From positions 320,001 through 384,000 of the forward strand of contig CAWGBN010000006.1 in NCBI GenBank assembly GCA_963820825.1: 64,000 bases of DNA. Direction: 5' to 3'. This stretch comes from Vulcanimicrobiota bacterium (lineage in GTDB: Bacteria > Vulcanimicrobiota > Vulcanimicrobiia > Vulcanimicrobiales > Vulcanimicrobiaceae). The notes beneath the pieces are model-generated. The model saw only the letters and a program-made list of their open reading frames with translations, had not been told where the DNA came from and made no database searches. The stretch's first letter is position 1. Every line of letters starts with the position of its first letter. Positions 45,267 to 55,335 of the stretch are shown in pieces. The translations under genes were made by a program, and so were the position numbers.

Positions 45267-46928
45267 ATGACGAGCACCGGGAGAGGAGCAGCCCGAGCGG
45301 CCTGGATTGGTGCATTCGTCGCGGCGCTCATTACGGTGCCCGGCCTCTGGGTCGGCACGCTCTGGGATAATAGCGAAACGGCGTATGGTGAGGTCGCGCG
45401 CGAGATACTGCTGACGCACGACTGGGTGGTCATGCATCTCAACGGCGTACCGTACTTCGTTCAGCCTCCGCTCTATTTCTGGCTCGCCGCGGCCTTTGCA
45501 TCGCTCTTTGGACCGAGTGCGTTCGCCTTACGCCTGCCCTCGGCGCTGGCGACGATCGCTCTGGGAGCCTTCACCGGCTACACGGTGGCGCGGCGCGCGG
45601 GAGTGCGCGCGGGCATCTACGCGGCGGTCGTACTCTCCACGTCGTTGATGCAGGCGGTGATCGGGCGCCTGGCAATCATGGATCCCTTGCTCGACCTGGC
45701 CGTTGCGATGACGATTCTCTGGTGGTTCGAGTCGCTCGAGACCGGCCGCTCCCGCTATGCGATCTACGGCTGGATCGCCGCCGCAGCCGGCTTCTTAGCC
45801 AAGGGCTTCGTCGCGCCCGTGATCGCGCTCTTAACCATCGTGCCGTTCTATCTCTGGAACTGCCGCTGCGAGCAGATGGCCAAACTGCCGGCGCGCGGAT
45901 GGATCGGCGGAGCGGCGATCTTCATTGCATTGATCGTTCCGTGGCCGCTCGCGCTCGTTCTGCATTTTCATCTCTTTCCGCTCGAGAAACTGATCGGCGA
46001 GTACACCATCGGCCGCTACACCGGCGTCATCGAGAATCAGGCGGGTCCGCTCTGGTATTACTTGCCCGTCATCATTTTGGGATTCTTTCCCTGGATCGCG
46101 TTTCTGCCGATGGCGATCGTCTACGCCGTTCGCCAACTGCGCGGCGACTCGCCGATGCCCGAGCCGGCGCCGCTCGTCCGCCTCGCCATCGTTTGGATCG
46201 TGATGCCGTTGCTCTTTTTCAGCTTCGCGCGGACGAAACTGCCGAACTACGTCGCGCTCGAGTTTCCGGCGCTCGCGGTGATCACCGCGCTCTACTTCGA
46301 CGCGGTCGCTCGCAAGGGCGGAACGCGCTCGGCGATCATCTCGGCGGCGACCGTTCCGTTCACCATCGGCGCGCTCGCACTGGCGATCGCGCTCTTCACC
46401 CGCAATAACCGGCTAACGGCCGAAGTCGCCGGGGCCGTGCCGCCGCTGCTCGCGATGGCTGCAGCGATCTTTGCCGGTTCGCTCTTGACCGCGCTGCTCG
46501 TCGCGCGGAAGCAGACGGCGCGCCTCGCGCCCTACGCGCTCGCGCTCGCGGCGATCGTTGCCACCGACGTGTTGGCGGTCGGCGTTCTTCCGCGCACCGA
46601 GGTCTTCAAGCCCATTCCGCGATTGGCCGCGCGCATCGAGCGCGGGCGCAAGAGCGGCGACGTGGTCGGAATACAAAACGTCTCGGGTGCAAACGCGCTG
46701 CTCTTCTACACGCGGCCAGTCGTTCGCGTTCTGGCATCCGCCGGCAATGGCGATCCGCAGAGTGACGGCGTCGATCCGCGTTCGTTCATATGCGACGCGC
46801 CGCGTGCGTGGGTGATCGTTCCGGCCGAGCGATCCGCGTTCGGCGAATCGTTCGGGCGCCGGCGGCGCGTCGTCGCGATCGACAAAAAGGCGGCCCTCGT
46901 CTTATACGACGGACCGCCCTGTCGCTGA
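45267..46928 (+). CDS. ArnT/GT83 (PMT-like) membrane glycosyltransferase
   Basis: ETAYGEVAREI, PPLYFW, RLPSA, LAKG, P.WYYLP, TKLPNY. Confidence 0.88.
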   Translation: MTSTGRGAARAAWIGAFVAALITVPGLWVGTLWDNSETAYGEVAREILLTHDWVVMHLNGVPYFVQPPLYFWLAAAFASLFGPSAFALRLPSALATIALGAFTGYTVARRAGVRAGIYAAVVLSTSLMQAVIGRLAIMDPLLDLAVAMTILWWFESLETGRSRYAIYGWIAAAAGFLAKGFVAPVIALLTIVPFYLWNCRCEQMAKLPARGWIGGAAIFIALIVPWPLALVLHFHLFPLEKLIGEYTIGRYTGVIENQAGPLWYYLPVIILGFFPWIAFLPMAIVYAVRQLRGDSPMPEPAPLVRLAIVWIVMPLLFFSFARTKLPNYVALEFPALAVITALYFDAVARKGGTRSAIISAATVPFTIGALALAIALFTRNNRLTAEVAGAVPPLLAMAAAIFAGSLLTALLVARKQTARLAPYALALAAIVATDVLAVGVLPRTEVFKPIPRLAARIERGRKSGDVVGIQNVSGANALLFYTRPVVRVLASAGNGDPQSDGVDPRSFICDAPRAWVIVPAERSAFGESFGRRRRVVAIDKKAALVLYDGPPCR

Positions 46929-46951
46929 GCTAAATCAGCGCTTCCTGCAGA

Positions 46952-48436
46952 TCACGGTTTGTAGCCGGCGACTTGCGCTTCGGTAACGGCCGGGGCTTTG
47001 TTATTGCCCAGCGATCCGCGAATGTACGTGATGACGTCGGCGATCTGCTTGTTGGTCAGCGTGCCCTTCCAGGCCGGCATCTGACCGTTATACGTCGAGC
47101 CGCCGACCGAGATCGAGCCGTGCAAGCCGCTGAGCAGGATGCCGATGACCTTGTTCGGATCGCCCGTTACGACCGGATTGTTCGCAAGCGGCGGGAACGT
47201 GCCGGGAACGCCCTGTCCCTGCGCGCCGTGACAGCTCGAACAGTTCTGCGAAAAGACGGGTGCACCCGGACTGCTCGCTGCGGAAGTAGTAGTGCTCGAG
47301 ACGGTCGCCGCCTCGGCCGGCGCGGCGGCGAGCACGACCGACTCCGGCGGCGAGGCGGGTGCGGCGGCTTGTTTGGCCATCGTCGTGAGCTGTCCGAACG
47401 TTGTCAGCGCCACGATGCCGGCGATGACCAACGCCGCGATCCACAGGAGCCCGGCGCGGCCGGAGAAGCTACGGCTCTTGCTGCGATCGAGCCACGGCAG
47501 CAAGAGAATCACCACCAAGAAGACCGTCGGCCCGATGATCGTCGCGATCAACTCCGTTCCGATCACCAACGGCCCGAGATGGATCTCCGGCGGCACCAGC
47601 GCGAGCAGACCGAAGAGCGATAAGAAATACCAGGCCGGATACGGCACGAAAAACTTCGTCGGATTGGCCTTCTCGTCGAGATACGGCGGCGCGACGAACG
47701 AGAGGAAGCAGATGATGATGAAGACGATGAGCGAGAACGCACCGTCCATGAAGAACTGATCCGGCCAAAAGCGTCCGGGTTTGAGCGTGCGCGGATCTTC
47801 CACGACCGGACCGGCCGAGCCGTTGTGGCGGAAGATCGCCAAATGCGCGCCGACGAGTGCGACCAGGACCGCGGGCATCAACCAGACGTGCAGGCCGAAG
47901 AAGCGGTTGATCGTAGCCGTGCCCATGCTGCCGCCGCCCTGGGCGATGTGCTGCATCACCGGTCCGGCGATCGGCGCCAAACCGACGATGTTCAGCGAGA
48001 CTTGGGATGCAAAGTACGCATCCATATCCCACGGCAAGAGATACCCGGTGAGTCCGAGGACGAGCGTGACGAGCAGCAAGAGCACGCCGACGACCCACTG
48101 CAGCTCGCGCGGCGCCTTATACGCGCCGAAGATCAGCACTTGCAACAGATGCAGGAAGACGAGGGCGATCATCGCCGAGGAGCCCCAGTAATGCACCGAG
48201 ATGAGGAAGTGCGTGTAGGGGTTGAGATAGATCGCGCGGGTCGATTCCCACGCCGTCGCTGCCGAGGGCGCGTAGAAGAACGTCAGGAAGATGCCGGTGA
48301 CGATCTGCACGATCATCGCGAAGAGGGTCGCGCTGCCGAAGACGTACCAGTAGCTCGCTCCCCCCGGCACGTCTTCCGTGAGGAACTCCTGCGTCATCGA
48401 GATGAAGCCGGTTCGTTTTTCGATCCAATTCAACAT
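46952..48436 (-). CDS. Cytochrome b fused to subunit IV-like region and C-terminal cytochrome c
   Basis: Four heme-b His residues, TGYLLPWD, RFFGLH, PAWY, CSSCH and MPAW. Confidence 0.92.
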   Translation of the reverse strand: MLNWIEKRTGFISMTQEFLTEDVPGGASYWYVFGSATLFAMIVQIVTGIFLTFFYAPSAATAWESTRAIYLNPYTHFLISVHYWGSSAMIALVFLHLLQVLIFGAYKAPRELQWVVGVLLLLVTLVLGLTGYLLPWDMDAYFASQVSLNIVGLAPIAGPVMQHIAQGGGSMGTATINRFFGLHVWLMPAVLVALVGAHLAIFRHNGSAGPVVEDPRTLKPGRFWPDQFFMDGAFSLIVFIIICFLSFVAPPYLDEKANPTKFFVPYPAWYFLSLFGLLALVPPEIHLGPLVIGTELIATIIGPTVFLVVILLLPWLDRSKSRSFSGRAGLLWIAALVIAGIVALTTFGQLTTMAKQAAAPASPPESVVLAAAPAEAATVSSTTTSAASSPGAPVFSQNCSSCHGAQGQGVPGTFPPLANNPVVTGDPNKVIGILLSGLHGSISVGGSTYNGQMPAWKGTLTNKQIADVITYIRGSLGNNKAPAVTEAQVAGYKP

Positions 48437-48446
48437 CAGCTCTTAC

Positions 48447-49130
48447 CTATGCCTGATACGAGACGACGATGCGCGAGGGCGTGTTCGATTGGTAGACGAT
48501 CCACATAACGTCCGCTTTGCCGCTCTGTCCGCGCAGCGGCAGCGGATCGAGTCCGCGTGGAGCCGGCCCCGCGACGTGCGTTCCGTCGAAGGTATACTGC
48601 GAGCCGTGACAGGGGCACATGAATCGGTTCTGCGCATCGCTCCAGCTGTAGTAGCAGCCTAGATGCGGGCAGATCGGGCTAAAGATGACGAAGTTCATGT
48701 TCACGACGTCGTATGGAACGTCGGGCTTGCCGCCCGGCAGCGTGAAGAGGTCGGGTCGCGCGGCTACGAACTTCGCATTGTTGTCGACGCGAATGCCCCA
48801 GCAGTACTCCTCCGCCGATTGCTCGGGGAGGTATCCGTCGACGAACTTGAGGGTGAACGTCATCTTGACCGGCTTCGCGGTCGCCTTCTGCAGCGCGTCG
48901 AGTTCTTGCGCGTCGAGCGGCGACCAGCTTCCCGTCGAGGAGCTCTTGGGCGGGAGGAGTGAGCCGACGATCGGGATGGCAAGGCTGAGGCCGACGATGC
49001 CGCCGATTGCCAGCGTGGCATTCGCCATGAAGGTGCGGCGCGTGATTTCGTCCTCGGTCTGCGGAAGGTCGTGCGCGCTCACTATTTTACGAGCGGCGCC
49101 TTGCGAAGCGTCGCCATGCGATTCGGACAA
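48447..49130 (-). CDS. Rieske iron-sulfur subunit of the Rieske/cytochrome b complex
   Basis: TRRTF Tat motif and TM helix; CPHLGC and CPCHGSQY; GPAPRGL. Confidence 0.93.
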   Translation of the reverse strand: MSESHGDASQGAARKIVSAHDLPQTEDEITRRTFMANATLAIGGIVGLSLAIPIVGSLLPPKSSSTGSWSPLDAQELDALQKATAKPVKMTFTLKFVDGYLPEQSAEEYCWGIRVDNNAKFVAARPDLFTLPGGKPDVPYDVVNMNFVIFSPICPHLGCYYSWSDAQNRFMCPCHGSQYTFDGTHVAGPAPRGLDPLPLRGQSGKADVMWIVYQSNTPSRIVVSYQA

Positions 49131-49287
49131 GATCGTTCTCCCAGGAAGCGTAGGCTACGGGTCGCAGCCTCATTTGCGGTTATTGTAAGCCCGCCCCTTC
49201 CCGTCGGCCAGGACGAAACTCGGATGCGACCCCGCCGGCGCGGCCCGGCTTCGCAGGCCGTCGGGCGAGCGGCGGCGCGCACCGGTA

Positions 49288-50283
49288 TCACATCTTGTAG
49301 CTGTGCAGGCCCGAGATCCAGATATTGACGCCCAAGTAGCAGAAGATAATCGAGAGAAAGCCGATCACGCTTACCCAACTCGTGCGCAGCCCGCGCCACG
49401 AATGACGCGTGTGCAGGTGCATGTAGGCAAGGTAGATGATCCACGAAAAGAGCGCCGCCGTCTCCTTTGGATCCCACTGCCAGTAGGCGCCCCAGGCCTC
49501 TTTCGCCCACATCGCGCCGGTAATGATGCCCACCGAGATCAGCGGGAGCCCAATCGCCACGGCCCGGTAGGTGATGACGTCGAGCTGTGCGAGGGTGGGC
49601 AGTGAGAGGAGCCAGCGAGCGACGGGATTCCCCGTCGCGGCGGCTGCAGCCATTGCGGGCGTATCGCGTGCGATGCCTCGTCCAAAATCGATGCCGGCGG
49701 CATCGGCGGCCGCGCTCATCGCGTCGAAGATGCGCTCTCCGGCCAGAATCGTCGAGCCGGCCTCAGCCGAGGCCGCTGCCAGCACGCGCTTTCCGCTAAA
49801 GCTCTGCTCCGCGTAGTACTTCAGCAAATAGAGGCACGAAAAGACGAACGAGACGAGAAAAGCCGCGTACGAAGAGACGACGATCGGCACGTGGATCTTC
49901 GCCCAATAGGATTGCAGCGAGGGTACCGGCGGCATCGTTCCTTCGTACCAAGTGACGCCGTATGCCAAGAATATCGCGGCGAGCGCGAGCACGAATCCGC
50001 CGGCAAACCAGATGCGGTAGCGGAAGGCGAAGCCGACATAGATCGCAACCGACATCGCGGCAAAGAGCGAGAGCGAGCCGTAGAGGTTGAGCAGCGGCCA
50101 AACGTGCGTGATCTCCCACCGCGCGATGAGTTGTGCGAACTGCGCGGCACATCCGAGGATGGCTAGCGCCGCGCCGAGATTACGCGCCCAGACATCGCGC
50201 GAGAAAAAGTAGAGCAAGAGCGCCAGGGCACCCACGACATAGGCTCCCAGAGCTACGGCAATCAGCAGTTCGTCGAGCGGCAT
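49288..50283 (-). CDS. ccsA: System II cytochrome c biogenesis protein CcsA/ResC
   Basis: LQSYWAKIHV, GAMWAKEAWGAYWQWDPKET (WWD domain), GLHSY. Confidence 0.93.
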   Translation of the reverse strand: MPLDELLIAVALGAYVVGALALLLYFFSRDVWARNLGAALAILGCAAQFAQLIARWEITHVWPLLNLYGSLSLFAAMSVAIYVGFAFRYRIWFAGGFVLALAAIFLAYGVTWYEGTMPPVPSLQSYWAKIHVPIVVSSYAAFLVSFVFSCLYLLKYYAEQSFSGKRVLAAASAEAGSTILAGERIFDAMSAAADAAGIDFGRGIARDTPAMAAAAATGNPVARWLLSLPTLAQLDVITYRAVAIGLPLISVGIITGAMWAKEAWGAYWQWDPKETAALFSWIIYLAYMHLHTRHSWRGLRTSWVSVIGFLSIIFCYLGVNIWISGLHSYKM

Positions 50284-50298
50284 TTCTTCGCTACCTCG

Positions 50299-51663
50299 TT
50301 AGGCCAGGCTTGGGCCGGGCTCGGTCCTTCGGCCTAACGCTAGCACAAGCCGCTCGAACTCGTTGGCGAAAACGTCATATCCCTTTACCGTCGTTGCCGC
50401 CGCACCGACCCGCGAGCGGCCGGGCGCGACCTCGTCTACCCGCACGTACAGACGAGCCGGCAGAAAGTAAAACGAGATCATCAGTCCCGCCAGCAGAACG
50501 AAGGCGCCGATTCCCACCAGCGGAACGCCGGGATCGTAGCGGTATTGGAAGCCGCTGTAGAGCACGTACCGCTTCGGAGTGACCCGCCAGCCGCCGCCCG
50601 GATCGATCGACGAGCCGAGCGGAACGAGCGCCTCGCCGAGTGAGTTCCCGCTATCCGACGCGCCGAGCAAGACGGCGGGATCGTTAACGCGCGGATCGGC
50701 CGTCGGCATTCCGCTTTGCTTATCGACGGTGGGAGCGAATCGTTCGTAAACGAGGGTACGCTGCGTTCCCGGAAGATCGAACGATTCGCCTTCGAGCAGG
50801 GTGCGGCTCGAAAGCTCGGCGTTGCGCTCGCCCTGCCGCGTGACGAGGAACTGCATTCCGAATCCGTAGCTGGCTTGGTAGTAGAGCGTGCCGTCGATGT
50901 CGATCGGGTGATTCACGCGAACGGTCAAATGCTTGGGAATGCCGTCTCTTCCGATCACCGTGACGTGCGAGACGTAATCGACGGGTTGATAGACCATCCC
51001 GCTCTTGGTCATGATCGGCGCGATCGTATAGGCGAAATCGTCGAGGTGAATCAACGCGTGGGTCTGCGGAATCTGCGCCGTGTGTCCGGTCAACAGCGCG
51101 GTCCCACCCGAGAAGCCACGCGCCCAGTACAGCGTCGTGCCGGCGGCGATGATGACGAAACCGGCGTGCGCGACGAGAACGCCGCGCCGCGCCCAGTTGT
51201 GTTTGTCGGCGAAGCTCCACTCCACGCCGCCGAAGATGCGCTCGCGCATCTGCCAGCCGCGCGCCGCAAGCGACTCCGATAAGCGCCGCCGCACGTCGGC
51301 GGCGTCGCCGTCGGTTTCGAAGACCGCGTGCAGCGGGATCTTCTCGACGCTGACCGGGCGCAACGGCGGTAGTCGGGCGGGAATGACGCGCTTGAACGTG
51401 CAGACCGCAAGCGATAGTAAGATCAACCCGACGATCCCAACGTACCACGGCGAGTGATAGATGTTATCGAAGTTGAGCCGAAGGATCGCTCGGGCGATCG
51501 GTGCCGCGTAGCTCTGGAAGTAAAGACTCGGATCCGCCCCCTGTTCGACGACGACGCCGACGAGCGTCAGCAGGCCCCAAACGACGAAGAGCGAGACGGC
51601 AAAGAGCACGTTACCGAACGTGCGCACGAACTCTGCGTATAGCGCGCGAACGGCGAGCGTCAC
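50299..51663 (-). CDS. resB: System II cytochrome c biogenesis protein ResB/CcsB
   Basis: IYHSPWY, LAVCT, AHAG, VNHP, YQAS, DPG; GTGA overlap with tatC. Confidence 0.9.
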   Translation of the reverse strand: MTLAVRALYAEFVRTFGNVLFAVSLFVVWGLLTLVGVVVEQGADPSLYFQSYAAPIARAILRLNFDNIYHSPWYVGIVGLILLSLAVCTFKRVIPARLPPLRPVSVEKIPLHAVFETDGDAADVRRRLSESLAARGWQMRERIFGGVEWSFADKHNWARRGVLVAHAGFVIIAAGTTLYWARGFSGGTALLTGHTAQIPQTHALIHLDDFAYTIAPIMTKSGMVYQPVDYVSHVTVIGRDGIPKHLTVRVNHPIDIDGTLYYQASYGFGMQFLVTRQGERNAELSSRTLLEGESFDLPGTQRTLVYERFAPTVDKQSGMPTADPRVNDPAVLLGASDSGNSLGEALVPLGSSIDPGGGWRVTPKRYVLYSGFQYRYDPGVPLVGIGAFVLLAGLMISFYFLPARLYVRVDEVAPGRSRVGAAATTVKGYDVFANEFERLVLALGRRTEPGPSLA

Positions 51664-52376
51664 GCGGTCGTCCGAGCCAAGGACCAGCGGCGCTCCAGCG
51701 GCGCAATGATCCAGATCGAGATCTCGTAAAGCGCGTACATCGGCAGCGCGAGCAGCGCCATCGTCAGCGGATTGCCGTCGGGCGCGGCTAGGCCGCCCGC
51801 GATGAAGAAGCCGAAGAGCGCGTGGCGGCGGTAGCGCTTCAAGGAGCTCGCGTTGACGATTCCGAGCCGGGCCAAACCGATCAGCACGATCGGCGTTTGG
51901 AAGATGATCGCGAAGAGCGCGAGCAGAATCATCACGAAGTTGAGCGTCGACGCGACCCCGAAGGTTGGGGTGGCAACCGCATCGGTGATGTGCAGCAGGG
52001 CGGTGACGACGCGCGGGATCACGACGAAGTGCGCGAAGGCCAGTCCAACCGCAGCGAGCAGCAGCGACGGAACGATAAACGAGTAGACCATTCTTCGCGT
52101 GCGCGGGTGAATCGCAGGCACGACGAAGAGCCAGAGCTGCTGCATGAGCACCGGCAATCCGATGACAATTCCGCCGATGACCGAGAACTTGAACTCGGTG
52201 AAGATGACGTCGGCGGGACCGAACGCGTGCAGCTCGATGCCGTGGAAGTACTCGTTCATCATCCAGCGGATGACGAACTGCGACGGCCAGAAGAGAACGA
52301 CGGCGATAACCCCGACGGTCGCCATCGAGATCAGGAGACGGTTGCGGAGCTCCCGCAGGTGCTCCGTAAAGGGCAT
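51660..52376 (-). CDS. tatC: Twin-arginine translocase TatC
   Basis: MPFTEHLRELRNRL, QLWLFVVPA, FQTP, LYEISI; the frame stays open further upstream. Confidence 0.93.
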   Translation of the reverse strand: MPFTEHLRELRNRLLISMATVGVIAVVLFWPSQFVIRWMMNEYFHGIELHAFGPADVIFTEFKFSVIGGIVIGLPVLMQQLWLFVVPAIHPRTRRMVYSFIVPSLLLAAVGLAFAHFVVIPRVVTALLHITDAVATPTFGVASTLNFVMILLALFAIIFQTPIVLIGLARLGIVNASSLKRYRRHALFGFFIAGGLAAPDGNPLTMALLALPMYALYEISIWIIAPLERRWSLARTTA

Positions 52377-52400
52377 CTCCTTTTGATCCCATTGCGCGTC

Positions 52401-52438
52401 CCCTTCGACTCGCGCTGCGCGCTCGCTCAGGATGACAC
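52401..52438 (-). repeat. REP-like palindromic element, copy 2
   Basis: GTGTCATCCTGAGCGAGCGCGCAGCGCGAGTCGAAGGG on the minus strand. Confidence 0.75.
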
Positions 52439-52449
52439 GACTCCTAGTG

Positions 52450-52752
52450 CTACGAGCTTTGGGTTCCGTGGCCGGGCGTCGGCGGCGGGACGGATTCGCC
52501 CGAGATCGATCCGGCCTCTACGTTATTCATGATGTCGGCGCGCTGCGAGGCGGCGCGTTGACGCGCTTCCTCGCGCGCTCTCTCGGCCGCTTCGTCCGCC
52601 TCGGCTTGCCCGACGAGGAACTCTTTTTTTGCCTGCCCGGCGCTGCGCGCCAGTTTGGGCAGTTTGTCCGCTCCGAAGAGCAGCGCGCCGACGACGAGGA
52701 TTCCGATGATGATCGGGGCGTCGATGAGTGCGAGAAGCGGATGAATGTTCAT
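52450..52752 (-). CDS. tatA: Twin-arginine translocase TatA/E
   Basis: LLFGADKLPKLARSAGQAKKEF. Confidence 0.92.
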   Translation of the reverse strand: MNIHPLLALIDAPIIIGILVVGALLFGADKLPKLARSAGQAKKEFLVGQAEADEAAERAREEARQRAASQRADIMNNVEAGSISGESVPPPTPGHGTQSS

Positions 52753-53711
52753 GATTCGAGGGCCTCCGTGAGTTTCAGTAGTGCGCTCTTCGCCGTGCCC
52801 GGCGCAATCGGCTTCAAAGCGCTCTTGGCCCGCTCGACGAAACGGGCGATCTGCTCGCGCGTCGCGGCCAAGCCGCCCGCGCGCTCGATCCCGTCGACGA
52901 TGGCGGGGATCGCCTCGTTCGATCCGCCGTCGTAGAAGCGGCGAACCTCCGCGCGAAAGGTGCCGTTGCCCGAGGCGAGCGCCGCGATCAATGGAATCGT
53001 AATCTTGCGCTCGGTGAGATCGTTACCGGCCGGTTTGCCGAGCGAGCGTTCGTCGGCGGTCATGTCGAGCAGATCGTCCTTCATTTGAAACGCGATCCCG
53101 AACGATTCGCCGAACTCGTGCAAGGCCGCGACTTCCTCCGGCGAGCCCCCGCCCATGATCGCGCCGCATTGCGCCGAGGCCGCAAAGAGCGAGGCCGTCT
53201 TCTTCCGCGCGATCTCGACGTAGGCTTCGAACGGCAGGTCGAGGTTGCCGAGCGCTTGGAGCTGGAGCACTTCGCCGTCGCAGATATCGGCGAGCGTTGC
53301 CGAGAGCACGTTCGGAATGGGGTGCGGATAGTTCGACGTGACGTTCTTGAAGATCCACGCGAAGAGGTAGTCGCCGGCGAGGACGCTGACCCGATTGCCG
53401 TAATCGACCGCGGTCGCGTTCACGCCGCGCCGCGTGCTCGCGTTGTCGACGACGTCGTCGTGAACGAGCGTCGCCACGTGAATGAGCTCCATGTACGCGG
53501 CGAGATGGAGATGCTCGACCGCATTCCCGCCGCAGGATTCGGCGGCGAGCAGCGTGATGCGCGGGCGCAGCCGTTTTCCGCCGGCGGCCAGCATCCGTTT
53601 GATAGCCTCGGTGATGATCGGATTATCGGTCGAGAAAGTGGCCCGGAAGAACTCCTCGACGAGCGCGTGGAGATCGGTGCCCGTCGCGCGCGGAGAATCG
53701 GTGGTGCTCAC
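52749..53711 (-). CDS. Polyprenyl diphosphate synthase (HepT/IspB-like)
   Basis: GGKRLRP, HDDVVD..RRG, KTA, FQMKDDLLD. Confidence 0.93.
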   Translation of the reverse strand: MSTTDSPRATGTDLHALVEEFFRATFSTDNPIITEAIKRMLAAGGKRLRPRITLLAAESCGGNAVEHLHLAAYMELIHVATLVHDDVVDNASTRRGVNATAVDYGNRVSVLAGDYLFAWIFKNVTSNYPHPIPNVLSATLADICDGEVLQLQALGNLDLPFEAYVEIARKKTASLFAASAQCGAIMGGGSPEEVAALHEFGESFGIAFQMKDDLLDMTADERSLGKPAGNDLTERKITIPLIAALASGNGTFRAEVRRFYDGGSNEAIPAIVDGIERAGGLAATREQIARFVERAKSALKPIAPGTAKSALLKLTEALES

Positions 53712-54436
53712 GCCTTCGTTCCGAAGTGAATGGCGATCGCTCCGCCCATCAGCGGCACGTAACCGGCGCGCTCGAAGCCGGCTCGCGTGAAGGCGTCGCG
53801 CAGCTCGGGTGCCTTCGGATGGTGCGTCAGCGAGTTTGGCAAGTAACTATACGCGCTGCGCGATCCGCCGACGATTCCACCGACGAACGGAACGATGCCA
53901 TAGAAGTAGAGATCGAAGAGGCGTTTGAAGGTGCGATTCGGCGCCTTCGTTACGTCGAGGCTTACGAATCGAGCGCCCGGCTCGAGCACGCGCAGAATCT
54001 CACGCAGCGTCGCATCGATGTCGACGACGTTGCGCAATGAGAAGCCCATCGTCGCTCCGTCGAAGCTATTATCTTCGAACGGCATCGCCATGACGTCGCC
54101 CTCGACGAAACGAGCGCCGTGCCGGCCGGCGCGCTCGGAGCGCTCGCGGGCGCGCTCGAGCATCGGACGGCAAAAGTCGATGCCGGTCACCTCGAGCTTC
54201 GAGTCGCTGCGAAGCAGGCCGAAGACGAGGTCGCCCGTCCCGCAGCAGCAGTCGAGTACTCGGCCTCCGCGCGGCGGAGCGAGCAGACGGATCGCTCGCC
54301 GCCGCCAGCGCTCGTCGAGCCCCATCGTCAGCAGGCGATTGGCCAGATCGTAGCGCGGAGCGATGCGCGCGAACATCTCGCGCACGAAGGCGCCTTTCTC
54401 GCCGCCGGCGCGGCTGGGCATGGGAGCCGAAGTCAT
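53708..54436 (-). CDS. menG: Demethylmenaquinone methyltransferase
   Basis: MFARIAPRYDLANR, LDCCCGTGD, FSLRNV, AYSYLPNS. Confidence 0.9.
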   Translation of the reverse strand: MTSAPMPSRAGGEKGAFVREMFARIAPRYDLANRLLTMGLDERWRRRAIRLLAPPRGGRVLDCCCGTGDLVFGLLRSDSKLEVTGIDFCRPMLERARERSERAGRHGARFVEGDVMAMPFEDNSFDGATMGFSLRNVVDIDATLREILRVLEPGARFVSLDVTKAPNRTFKRLFDLYFYGIVPFVGGIVGGSRSAYSYLPNSLTHHPKAPELRDAFTRAGFERAGYVPLMGGAIAIHFGTKA

Positions 54437-54516
54437 GGTGCTCGCCTGGCTTCCAAATCGCCCGCCGCATTCCCCTGGGAAACGCTCGCGCTCTAGTCGT
54501 CGCCTGCCTCGTCGTG

Positions 54517-55335
54517 ATGGCAAGCGCGATGCTCGCGCTTACCACGACCGATGCGATGATCGCTCGGCTAACCGGCGCCGAAAACGTTGCGGTCGAGGCG
54601 TACACGCTTCGCGGCTCGATCGTGCGAGCGCTCGAGGATGCCGCACGTCAAGGGACGCATGTTGCGGTCGAGCTCGAAGGATGCCCCTACCACGACCGCA
54701 GCGGCGCGCTGCGCGACCACAACGCGAAGGTCGTTGCCGAACTGCGCGAAGCGGGTGCCGTCGCGTCGCTTCACAACGGGCTTCACGCCAAAGCGATCGC
54801 CGTCGACGGTGCCCTCTACTTAGACGAAAGGAACTGGAATCGCGACGACGTCGTCCTGCGCGACGACGAGCGCGCCGAATGGGCGTCGATACCCTCGACC
54901 AAGGCGACGGCGCTCGCACAGGAAGCGCGCCTTCTCGCCCACGCCCGCGCAGACGACGGCGTCATCGTGGAGAGCGAGTCGTTCGGAACCGGTAATGCGG
55001 TCTATGCCGCGTTGAAGTCGCTCGGCTGTGCCGGGGCGGCTCCGCGGCTGCTCGTCGCCGAGCGCGACTTGCGCGGCGCACCGCGCGAGCGCGCAGCGCT
55101 CGAAACGCTCGCTCGCAGCGGCGTTCAAGTTCGCCTCTGTGCCGATTCGACGAAGGCCGCGGTTTCCGGCGGCAACGTCTGGCTCGGATCGGCGAACGCC
55201 ACCTACTGCGAGGGGCGCTGGAACATGACCGATTGGGGCGTTTGCACCGGCGATCGTGCGATCGCGGGCGCGGTCCGCGCGCGGATCGAAGCGCAGTGGC
55301 TCGGCGCGAAAGCGTTCAGATGCGCAAAAGCGTAG
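54517..55335 (+). CDS. Phospholipase D-superfamily-like protein with one intact and one degenerate HKD motif
   Basis: LHAKAIAVD; second repeat DSTKAAVSG..WLGSAN. Confidence 0.65.
   Translation: MASAMLALTTTDAMIARLTGAENVAVEAYTLRGSIVRALEDAARQGTHVAVELEGCPYHDRSGALRDHNAKVVAELREAGAVASLHNGLHAKAIAVDGALYLDERNWNRDDVVLRDDERAEWASIPSTKATALAQEARLLAHARADDGVIVESESFGTGNAVYAALKSLGCAGAAPRLLVAERDLRGAPRERAALETLARSGVQVRLCADSTKAAVSGGNVWLGSANATYCEGRWNMTDWGVCTGDRAIAGAVRARIEAQWLGAKAFRCAKA

Noticed and set aside
50299..52392. 697-aa ResB with an N-terminal extension, or a TatC-ResB fusion
   Set aside because: The extension is an off-frame shadow of tatC; the two genes are in different frames with a GTGA overlap
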